Assembly: GCF_009914755.1 (NCBI RefSeq) | Contig: NC_060926.1 | DNA from: the human T2T-CHM13v2.0 reference genome, Homo sapiens | DNA: 64,000 nucleotides | Strand: one strand, 5' to 3' | Shown here: in pieces, positions 11,451-23,224 of the stretch | Numbering within the stretch: the first letter of the stretch is position 1 | Layout of the letters: every line of letters begins with the position of its first letter | Position numbers and translations under genes: made by a program | Notes under the pieces: generated by a model | Database searches by the model: none | Told to the model about the DNA's origin: nothing | What the model saw: only the letters and a program-made list of their open reading frames with translations

Positions 11451-14214
11451 AGGACACTACCTTGCCAGGCTTGGAGGGTGGCCGGCAGCATTGGGGGTGG
11501 TAGTAGCAGTTTAAGGAGGGGATCTGGTGAGGGGATTGAGTGCTGGAGGAAATATTTGGGGTCTAAATGTGCACTTAGGAGAATGGGCTGAAAAAGAAAT
11601 TAAAACTTTTTTACACTTTACTGCCAAAGTAAGATGGAGCGTCATATTAATTCTGTGTCTTGAGCTGCCGGGCTGGGTGCAGGCGGGTTGATTTATATGT
11701 ATTTAAAATAAACTCGGTGGTCAGCCAGCTCCCTGCATTGTTCCGGTAGCGAGCTCCACACACAGCCTTTACCTCTTGCTGTTGGCTTAATTTTTTCTTG
11801 GGAGATTAAAACGCTACTGAGCTTTTCCTCCCAAAATTTGAGAGAACCTCCAAACTACCCAGAAGAGTTTGGGAGGTTCCTCCACATTTCCCTTTACCAA
11901 TCCAGGCTTTTGATTGCCGTAGTGGCAGAGAAAAGGTTTAGTGTTTCTAGGTCCTTCTCCCCAAAGAACCCTGAATGAAAGCTAAATCATATATTGGTTC
12001 ACGAATCCCATCTCTCCTTTTGTTTACTTGCTCCCTGTGGCTACTGGCTGGGAGAGGAGAAGACAACCCATCCCGGGTCTTTCCGTGCCAGGGATGGAGT
12101 GAGCAGCTCCATGAGCTCCAGTGAGTGGTTCCATGCTCGTGGTAATGCCACTGGGCCAGACCCAACCGGACCTTTATGGGGAAAGAACCTCAAAAGCAAG
12201 GAGCATTCCCTTAGCTTAGGTTGGGACAGGCCCTAGCAGGAGAGGAACCGACTTCCAGGGGCTTCGCCATCATAAGAGAGCAGTAAAGTTGTTTTGTCAA
12301 TCTCCTGCGCTTGGCTTCATCAGAACTGAAAGTCGCTGGACATTTTTCTTTGCTAGCTGCCTTGAAGCTGCGCGCCTGCCAGCTTAGTCAGCTGAATCCA
12401 ATTACCGCGAGTAGCATTTCATTTGGCCCCATGGAGCATTCACTTATAACTTCCCCCGAAAATTTCAATAATCCCTACCAAGGCTCCACGCTGGCCCTAT
12501 CCTAAAGAGTTTTCCTAGGGTGCTGCTGAGGGATGAGGTGTAGGGTTGGGGCTGCCTGGACTCAGCTCTTCCTTGACAGCTCACGGACGCAGCTCCTTCC
12601 TGCTCTTCCCGTTTTTGGCTCCAGAAAGAGCACCAGTGCTGGTGGTCCAAAGCCAGCCCGGTTAAGGCTGAGAATCTGGGCAAACAAGGAGCCAAAGTTG
12701 GACCCGCGTGGGATGGTGGGTGGGCAGGGTAGGGAGCGTGGGAGAAGGTGCTGAAGGCTTTTCTGGTGGTCCAACTTTGGTTAACTTGGGGTCCTCTTTC
12801 CTTTCTTCTTCCCAAGCCTCTTACGCCAAGAGCTCAAAGCGCACCGCGCACCCCGGAACCCCCAGGCGCAAACTTACCCTGTTCCTCCGCGGCTGGAAAA
12901 AGAAAAATCTAGCTAGAGGCATAAGGGGGTGGCGGCCCCGGGTGACCTCCCAACTTAGCTCTTCTTTTGAGGGGATGCTCCTACTTCTAAAGAACTCTTT
13001 TTTAAAAATAAATAAATAAAAAATAATCAAGCGGCGAAAGTTGACGTCCGCCCACGTGAATGTATTATATAAAGCAGCTACAGGACCAGCTGGCTTGAGA
13101 GCCCTGGTACCTCGGGCCTCCACCGCACCACCCTCAGGTCCCGGCCCAGCCAAGAGCGCTTGGGGGAGGGGGGCGGGCAAGTGGCTTTTCCCCCTGGGTC
13201 CAGGCCGGCTGGGAAGCTGAAGCCGCAGCGCGAAGTTAGGAGCCCTACCGGGCTGGGATCTCTTCGAGGCGCTTCTGTTGGGTGTTCATTAAGGGGTGAG
13301 TTATTGCGGTGCGAGCCAAAGGTCACTTCAAAGGCTTATGGCTGCGCGCTTTAGTCTTTAGAAGCGCCGGGAACGCTTTGTGTGAGGCTTTCCCGGGTGT
13401 AGTTTAGTGCTCGCAAACTACTGAGTCGACAAATTGCACAGGGCAGATGCAAGAGGGGGACTCTGTCTCTCTCCTTTCACCTGACGGGGGGTGGTCACCC
13501 GCTGAGCGGTGACAGTGGTGGGGGAGCTTGGTCTGTGGCTTTGGGTGGGGGTGGAAAGGATGTTTGTTTCTTAGGCGATTTGCAGTCTGATCCTGACCCA
13601 GAAGTGGGCAGCCCAGGGCCAAGAGTGTGGTGGATACTTACCGGAATGAATAAACTCAGGGAAAGCATCTGATATATTTAATGTATAAATCAGGAACTAG
13701 CGCCCAGGTCCTCTTCACTGAGGCTCTGTAGAGCAGCCCCTGACCAAGATCCACCCAAGCCTATTTACCTTCCTTTCCTGGTGCCCTTTTCTGCAGCCTC
13801 CCCTGCCAAACCCCCACCTTAATTCTGCACGGTCTCTCTCTTCTGCCCCTAGGAGAGTGTTTGGCTTCCGGGATTGGGACCTGGAGGAGCATTTAGAATT
13901 TGGTAGGGGCAGGAGGAGAGCAGATTGGCTTCCCTGCACCTCTGACCCACCTGGCTAGAGGGTCTGGCGCTTCCCTCACGTCCGGGCTCTCCCCTCCCCC
14001 ATCCAGCCATGGATTTTGGCGTTAAAGGGGCCCTCGCTCCCCAGGAGCCAACTGAGTCTGTGTTTTGCCGGGGAGAAGGCGTCTGGATGGTCACGGGTAC
14101 CATATACAATAGTCACATTGACTATGACGTCCTTCAAGTGGGAAAAGCCCTTCAACATGTAAGTGTTTGTAAGCAAGAACTGGCTGCTACTGAGAGTTTT
14201 CCATTTTGTTCCAG

Positions 14215-14310
14215 ATTCGCCTCCACAGATATCAAAAGAAACCTGAAGAGCCTACAAAAAAAAAAGAGATAAAGACAAAATTCAAGAAAACACACACATA
14301 CATAATTGTG
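14215..14310 (+). other. HOXD3: HOXD3 non-coding 5'UTR exon (96 nt)
   Basis: Acceptor ttttccattttgttccag| and donor GTG|GTGAGT; contains no ATG; would splice to the acceptor at 19170. Confidence 0.8.
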
Positions 14311-14799
14311 GTGAGTGGGCATCATTTAAATAATAATTTCCAGTACATTTCCATCTGCAACTCAAGGTGGCCATCTCAAAATTCATACATCAAGACATAG
14401 AACAAAGGGCAGCTTTGAAGTGGGTCACTTCAGTATGAAGTACCACCCGTTACATGAAAACCGATCATTGGCCTTCAAATTTATGGCGCTTTAATGGGGT
14501 AAGCCCAGTGCCTTAAATACAGGGTGCATTACAGTATTGAGTTATCTGGGCTAAATAAGAGTGATTTAGAAGGCGCGTCCAGGTCTTCTTATAGAGCAAA
14601 AGAGGCTCAAGCTTAGAGATCGGGAGAACTTGGGCGGAACGTAAAGAAGTCTCCTTTCGAGCAAACCCAAAAACCAGTGGTTTCGAATCCCGAAGTAGCA
14701 AAGCCAACAGGAAAGGGAGAATCGTTGCTCGGTTCCAGTGAATTCGTGGGGATGCTCAGCAAAAGTCTTGGCCGCCAGAAAGAGATCCGTGGGCTTCTG

Positions 14800-15800
14800 A
14801 CCCTGGTTTAGGCAAAACAGGGGGAGGCGCCGAGACCAGCTCGAGCACTAGCGGATTTTGAGAGAAACTGACCGCAACCTCCATCGCCTTCCCCCTCTCT
14901 TTCAACTTGGATGGGCTGACTCTACCCGTCGGTGATTTACGACGATTGCAGCGCTAGTCACAGCCTGGCGCCTGGTGTCCCCTCCCTTCCCAAGCCCCCT
15001 CAGCTTTTCCACTGCCACCGGCGTACAAGCAAGTGCCGAGCCGGCCTCCGCAAGTCGGACTAGCCTCCCGGCGTCCGAGGCCACCACGGGCAGCAGATTT
15101 TTGGTCCCCAGCGAGGCTGCGCGCGTTCGTCCCGCCTCCGACCGCCGAGCAGAGCTGCTAGCAGAAGCAGGCGCCGGTCACTTTATATAATCCTGCTGCT
15201 CGCAGGGTGCAAGAGCGGGAAAAGTGCGGAGTAGGGAATTCTTTTGCTGCGCTGCCTCCTACGCGGAGCCTGCTTTCCACTGCTGAAAAGTGCCGGGCCT
15301 TGGGAAGTGTTTTTCTTTTCATTCCTTACCGAAGCGTTTACTGCCGCCGTGGTCGCAGTCATAAATTTTGCTACAAACCACAATGACAGGTGCATTGATA
15401 TGCACCGTGAGAGCTCCAGCTGCTTAATAACCCCGTCCCCTGGTCGCTGTGAGCGCCTTTTATTTATTTGGTATCATATTAGGTATTGATCTCTAGTAGC
15501 ATTAAGTGCGGTGAGCAAGTATCAGGGTTCGGCTGCTTTGGAGGCGCAGCGGTTGCGGCGGGCCGGCGGGCCCGGGGAAGCGGGCGGTGGCCGCTCAGAG
15601 AATACCTTCCTTCCGGCAGGAGACCGTTTGGCCCTGTATTCCGGGCCTGCGGTTGGGCCTCCAAGCTGAGTTGGGCAACTTCCCAGCACCGCAAGAAAGG
15701 GCGAGCCAGACCTATTTGGCACCCCTTTCCCAGGAGGAGCAGGGGATGGCGCCGGCGGAGTTTGGGGAGGCTGCCCTGGCCAGTTCCCCGGGCTAGAGGG
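14800..15800. promoter_or_regulatory. CpG island with TATA-like TTTATATAA (15182-15190) and a GTCATAAA/TGACAG motif block (about 15358-15399)
   Basis: CpG-rich with embedded AT-rich homeodomain and Meis motifs. Confidence 0.55.
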
Positions 15801-16054
15801 TGGAGGAGAGGAGGAGGGAGAGGAAAGGGCAGCTGAGGACTTGGAAGAAATGAGAAGCCGTGCTCGACCACCCCTCCCCCAACACTGGCTCATCTTCACC
15901 CCAAGACATTTGGGTCTTGGAGCCCAAATGAGCAAAGGTACCAAAGGGCGAGAAAAGAAAGGCTTTAAAAAAAGGGTGAGGGGGTGATCGAAAAGATGAG
16001 CCACTGAACAGTTGACCATTGTCCAAGTGATTTATGACCCGTTCCTGCTTTTTA

Positions 16055-16071
16055 GGTTCAAGCAGAGTTCA
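16055..16071 (+). promoter_or_regulatory. DR5 RARE upstream of the HOXD3 coding exon
   Basis: GGTTCA agcag AGTTCA, two perfect RGKTCA half-sites; matches the conserved Hox3-type RARE. Confidence 0.85.
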
Positions 16072-17924
16072 CAAGGAGTAGGGATTTCTGAAAAGAAATA
16101 AGCCTTTTTACCAGTTTTGTAACTATATTCTCAGGTTTTGTTTTAAGAGGGATCACTTTTGGGAAACTGCATTTTTGGGGGACTGCAAAGCCATTTCCAG
16201 TAAGGACAGCACCATCACTGGCTCTTGCTTTTGGGGAAATGGACATTAAGGTAGTGGATTGTCATTGAGTGGGAAATTTCTTGAGACAATGTAAACAGTT
16301 AGGAAAACAGACTCTGGTTTTTCAGGAAGATGCCCAATATTTGTACTTTTGAGGTCTGTACACAGAACTTTTTCTAGGAATATGCCATAGAAGCAAATAC
16401 ATATATAAAGCCATCTGTCCCAGAAGAACTGGTCAGTTCCTAAGTAAGCTATTTTAACGTGACTGGTTCACCTATCTAGATCAACTTTGTCAACTTGGGA
16501 GGCAGGAGGGTGGATGTTTTGCTTCCACAGTTGTAAATGGAATGACAGAGCAGCAGCAAGTTCTGGTAGTCTGAGTGTCCGATGTGACCATTAGGCCTCC
16601 AGAGGGTTAAGACTGAAAGCAGGATACCAGAAAAGCCTGAAACATAACCAAATCCAGAGTGCCTCTTTCTTCAGCAGGGGGCAAACATATGTAAGTATTA
16701 GTCACAGAATGAAGACTTAGCTGTCCATTTGATATCCAGTAACTTTTAACAGAGAATGATATATAAAATTAATCAAAAGAAAAATTAAGTCCAGCTTTGT
16801 TAAGTAGATATCCTACCTACATACATTTAAGAACAATAATGGAAACAATTTCTACAACATAGTATCTTGGTATTAAGGGCCTGTTCCTCATCAAGACAAA
16901 TGGCATACTCACTTATATTCTAAAACAAGACAAAACAAAAAGGGCAACAACACTACCTACCAAAGACTAATTAGAAGAATTTTAAAATTTGGGTTAGGCT
17001 GTTTGGTGCAGGTGGAGGGAAAACTAGTGAATCATTTTGGTACCTGTGGTCAAATCCATTAGGCCACATAAGCTGTCTAGATGATGTGGTACATCATGAT
17101 GACCAGGATGGAAGCCAGGGAGAGTTTCTAGGAAGGAAAGTTGCCTGAAAGACAGATCAAGAATTGAGACCAGGGAGCTGACCTATGAGTTTTCTTTATC
17201 AAACAGACAAAGTGATTGAATGGTATTAGTTATACTTTAACTCTTTAGGAGCCTTTCAGAAGAAGTAGGGAGGCAGGGAGAGAAGGGAAACCCCCATAAA
17301 GAAGGGAATACAAAAGGGGTAGGATTTTTCTTAGCTTTTTTTTCTTCTTCTAATTCTGGGTCCATTCATCATGTCATGAAAGGTTCTCTCATTGGTTGTG
17401 GTTTGGGTGGGAGGTAGGGTAGAATAGATTATCCAGAGCAGATGTCAATAATATCTATTTATACAATAGATCCAAGGCAAAAATAATAAAGTTATAAAGC
17501 ATTCTCCATTCACCCATGTTCCATGCATTTCAAATTCTAGATCTCTTTGCCCATTTCCAGTGGTATCTGTTTAAAAGTAGGGGAGGTCAAAAGTAAAAGG
17601 TCTAGAAAAATGTAAATGAAAGAGAAGAAACATTTTCTAGCCTCAAAATGAGTCTGGAAGTCTGCAAGTCCTCCTGTTGGTGTTTATCCCCTAGTTTTCT
17701 ACATTGTAGATTTTACACTGCTGATTCATAGAGCTTACTCAGCTGATTTTCACCCTGTCATCGTTAAGTGGACTATCTGGACTTTCATGCAAGATGCTGT
17801 GATTTTGAAACCAGGTGGGGGGAGACCCTTTTTTTTTTTTTTTTTTTTAAGTTCTGGCTGTTCTGAGCATGTTATAGGACTTTCATTTCCCATCAAAACC
17901 TTGTGCTGACCCAATGATTGACTG

Positions 17925-18062
17925 ATTGATCCACTTATTAATTCACCTATTCAACAAGCATTTATTGCACTAACTACATGCAGGGCACTGTGCTGGATGT
18001 TAGGAACAGTAGACAAATGACACAGCCCCTGCCTGCAAGGAGCTTACAGTTTAGTGGGCGAA
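17925..18062 (-). mobile_element. L2 LINE 3' fragment
   Basis: attcaacaagcatttattgcac...gggcactgtgctgg...cccctgcctgcaaggagcttacagtttagtggg is typical of the L2 3' end. Confidence 0.7.
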
Positions 18063-18420
18063 TCAGCCAACAAAATGTCTGAGGCTATAAGTACTTTTCC
18101 ACACAGAAGAAAGGCTAAATGGACAATCTTGAAGAAAGTAAATTGTATCTGGAGGTAGAGGGAAGCCCTTTCCCTCAGCTACAGTTGAGCTAAAAAGAAG
18201 GAAACTCTTCTTACATTTAGGAAAAATTCCTTCTGATACTTCCAGAGGTTCAAATAAGTTGAACTTCATAAAATCTGCCAGGCGCAGTGGCTCATGCCTG
18301 TAATTCCAGCACTTTGGGAGGCCAAGACGGGAGGATCACAAGAGCCCAGGAACTCAGGACCAGCCTGGGCAACATTGTAAGACCCTGTCTCTACAAAAAA
18401 AAAAAAAAAAAAAACTAAGA

Positions 18421-18725
18421 GCTGGCGCAGTGGCTCACACCTGTAATCCCAGCACTTAGGGAGGCCCAGGCGGGTTGATCACCTGAGGTCAGGAGTTCAA
18501 GACCAACCTGACCAACATGGTGAAACCCTGTCTCTACTAAAAATATAAAAAATTAGCCAGGTGTGGTGGCAGGTGCCTGTAATCCCAGCTACTCAGGAGG
18601 CTGAGGCAGGAGAATTGCTTGAACCCAGAGGCGTAGGTTGCAGTAAGCTGAGATCATGACACTGCACTCCAGCCTTGGCAACAGGAGCGAAATTCCATCT
18701 AAAACAAAACAAAACAAAACAAAAC
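18421..18725 (+). mobile_element. AluS inserted in the A-rich linker of the older Alu
   Basis: Full dimer with (AAAAC)n tail, flanked by the direct repeat actaaga. Confidence 0.9.
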
Positions 18726-18763
18726 ACTAAGACATGTAGCCAGGCATGGTGGGCACCTGTAGC

Positions 18764-19009
<246 letters not shown>

Positions 19010-19253
19010 TTAATAAATAAATAGATAAGTAAATAAACTCAGATCCAGCACCTTGCCCATCTCCCCGCCGTGAAGTGGGTAGGAAGCAGAGAGCATGGGC
19101 TAGTCCTTCTATATTGACTGGTCTTGCCAATGACACTCCCTCTGGGGCCTCTTGCTTTTCTTCTGACAGGTCACCTGGAGCCTGGGGGCCGGCCCAGCTC
19201 TCTCAGGATTCAGCAGACATTGGAGGTGGCAGTGAAGGATACAGTGGTAGTCA

Positions 19254-19794
19254 ATGTTATTTGAGCAGGGTCAGCAGGCCCTGGAGCTTCCTGAGTGCAC
19301 AATGCAGAAGGCTGCTTACTATGAAAACCCAGGACTGTTTGGAGGCTATGGCTACAGCAAAACTACGGACACTTACGGCTACAGCACCCCCCACCAGCCC
19401 TACCCACCCCCTGCTGCTGCCAGCTCCCTGGACACTGACTATCCAGGTTCTGCCTGCTCCATCCAGAGCTCTGCCCCTCTGAGAGCCCCAGCCCACAAAG
19501 GAGCTGAACTCAATGGCAGCTGCATGCGGCCGGGCACTGGGAACAGCCAGGGTGGGGGTGGTGGCAGCCAGCCTCCTGGTCTGAACTCAGAGCAGCAGCC
19601 ACCACAACCCCCTCCTCCACCACCGACCCTGCCCCCATCTTCACCCACCAATCCTGGAGGTGGAGTGCCTGCCAAGAAGCCCAAAGGTGGGCCCAATGCT
19701 TCTAGCTCCTCAGCCACCATCAGCAAGCAGATCTTCCCCTGGATGAAAGAGTCTCGACAGAACTCCAAGCAGAAGAACAGCTGTGCCACTGCAG
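19254..19794 (+). CDS. HOXD3: Homeobox protein Hox-D3, coding exon 1 (the exon starts at 19170)
   Basis: MLFEQ...[20 protein letters not shown] hexapeptide, donor CAG|GTAGCT at 19795, phase 1. Confidence 0.97.
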
Positions 19795-20224
19795 GTAGCT
19801 CCCTGAGGTGGCCTACTGCCAGACCAAGCCCCCTCCAGATTGACCCAAGGAAGCCTAGTCAGGGCTGGAAATGCAACCTTGGAGGTCATATGTCTAAACT
19901 CCTACTCACGTCAAAATGTTCTTTTTTTTAGTGTTCCTGATTGGGGTCATGACCTTGCAGTGACAGGGTGCTCCCTTCCATTCCAGGCTGCTGGTGCTGT
20001 TGCTGGACAGGTCTTATAGCTATTAATAGAGAGTGCTTCCTTATATGGGCATATCTGTTTTCCTGGGCTGCTAATTATAACTCCATTCCCTCTTCCACCC
20101 AACAGCTCTTCAAGATTTGAAGATAGGTATTACAATCCCCAAGCCTAGGTGATTATATAGCCCATATCACACGAATCTCATTCCCTTAAACTCATAAAAA
20201 CTAAAGTCTTAGAAAGTACCATAC

Positions 20225-20400
20225 TAAGTACTTTCTAAGCATTATCTAATTTAATTTTTCAAAGAACCTTTTGAGGTAGGTATATGATAACATCCCCATT
20301 TTACAGATAAGAAAACTGTTAGAGAGGATAGGCAACTTGCCCAAGATTCTGAAACTGCAAAGTGGTGGATTTGAATCCAGTCAGTCTGGCTTTAGGGGCT
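20225..20400 (-). mobile_element. MIR SINE in the HOXD3 coding intron
   Basis: MIR core catccccattttacagataagaaaactg...aacttgcccaag...ggatttgaatccag. Confidence 0.75.
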
Positions 20401-21484
20401 GCTAAGCATAACCATGAGTCTCTATTTGGCCCACCTCAGCCCAATTCTCCCACTCCAGCAAATCCATAATGGGGAGGTGCCTGTCCTAGTAGGAGAGGAT
20501 ATTCTGGGAGACAGTAACAGCCTTGGATTTCTCTAACTGGAAGGGGAGCCCCTCCAGTTGGGGCCTTCTCTAGGTCCACCCAGGGCATGTAGAAGATAGG
20601 CATGGCCAGGAACTCTGAGGGCTGTTCCTTCTCTCTGCTTAGACTGCTTGGTTCCTGAAATTTTCTGACCTTGTGGTATCTGATGTGGTTTATCTTCAGG
20701 TAGATGAACTTGCTTCCAGGTCCAGGGCAAGTTTGGGGCCTGGGGTGTGGCTTGCTATCAGGGATCTGGTTTGCCTGATGTTTTCTGGGGCTGCTGCTCC
20801 TAGGGAGAGGGTATTATCCTGCCTGCAACCTCCTTTTCCTGCCCCTCCTTCCTCAGCTGCAGGCTCAGGCCCTCCCTCCCAGGAGAAATCCATTTGTCTT
20901 CCCTGGGAGGGAGTGGACAAGCAGCTGAGAGGTGGCAGGGTAGTAAAAGCCAGTGTTGAGGCTGCTGCTCCTAGCACTGTGAATACTCAAAATGCTTCCA
21001 GCCTGGCCTTGGACTCCCTAAAATACCCAGGCAGTGTTTTTTTTTTGTTTGTTTGTTTGGTTGGTTTTTTTTTATTTTTTATTTTTTTGTTTGTCACCTC
21101 CCTGGCTTTGAGTGCAGTTGGGCTGCAGTGGGGCGCCAAGATCTCCATCCCCATACTTTGCTGGGGGTTGGTGGGGGGCTTTGCCCAGAGGCCAGCTCCT
21201 AAGCAAGGCAGGCTGGAGCTATTTCCTCTTCCTTTCCTTCTCCATACCCCACCCCTGGCAGCAGAGGCTGGGAGGAGTGTTCAAAGGAGTCTGGCCCTTC
21301 TTTGACAGAGGGAGGCCTTACCAGCTGCTCCTGGTCTCTCATTAAACTCTTTCATGGCCTTTGGGTGGGTATGGGATGATGGACTAGGCTGCAGGGGAGA
21401 GGGTGGGCAGAGTGAACTGGATCTCAGAAGGCTGATGGAGGTTTCAGGTGCGACTGATAGGTAGGCCTAGTAGGGGGTTGGTAG

Positions 21485-22414
<930 letters not shown>

Positions 22415-23218
22415 CGGCCGCCGCCAGCCCGAACTCGCGGCAAAATTACCTCTCTTGCTGTAGTGGTGGGGTAGAGGGTGGGGCCCGCGGGGCAGTTCGG
22501 GAACCCCCTTCCCCGCTCTTGCCCTGCCGCCGCCTCCCGGGTCTCAGGCCTCCAGCGGCGGAGGCGCAGGCGACCGGGCCTCCCCTCCATGGGCGTCCTT
22601 TGGGTGACTCGCCATAAATCAGCCGCAAGGATCCTTCCCTGTAAATTTGACAGTGCCACATACTGCGGACCAAGGGACTCCAATCTGGTAATGGTGTCCC
22701 AAAGGTAAGTCTGAGACCCATCGGCGGCGCGCCCTGCAGAGGGACCAGAGCTTGGAGAGTCTTGGGCCTGGCCCGCGTCTAGCTTAGTTTCAGAGACCTT
22801 AATTTATATTCTCCTTCCTGTGCCGTAAGGATTGCATCGGACTAAACTATCTGTATTTATTATTTGAAGCGAGTCATTTCGTTCCCTGATTATTTATCCT
22901 TGTCTGAATGTATTTATGTGTATATTTGTAGATTTATCCAGCCGAGCTTAGGAATTCGCTTCCAGGCCGTGGGGGCCACATTTCACCTCCTTAGTCCCCC
23001 TGGTCTGAACTAGTTGAGAGAGTAGTTTTGAACAGTCGTAACCGTGGCTGGTGTTTGTAGTTGACATAAAGGATTAAGACCGCAAATTGTCCTTCATGGG
23101 TAGAGTCAGGAAGCCCGGTGGCGTGGCACAACACACTTTGGTCATTTCTCAAAAACCACAGTCCTCACCACAGTTTATTGATTTCAAATTGTCTGGTACT
23201 ATTGGAACAAATATTTAG

Positions 23219-23224
23219 AATAAA
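23219..23224 (+). terminator. HOXD3 poly(A) signal AATAAA
   Basis: AATAAA about 800 nt after the stop codon, followed by GU-rich gtgtatctgtgtt. Confidence 0.8.

Noticed and set aside
13283-13299. DR5-spaced TGTTCA ttaag GGGTGA
   Set aside because: Both half-sites deviate from RGKTCA and the second overlaps a splice-donor motif; too weak to call a RARE.
17914-17930. TGATTGACTGATTGAT, a double PBX-like motif
   Set aside because: Sits at the simple-repeat tail of an L2 fragment, which explains it.
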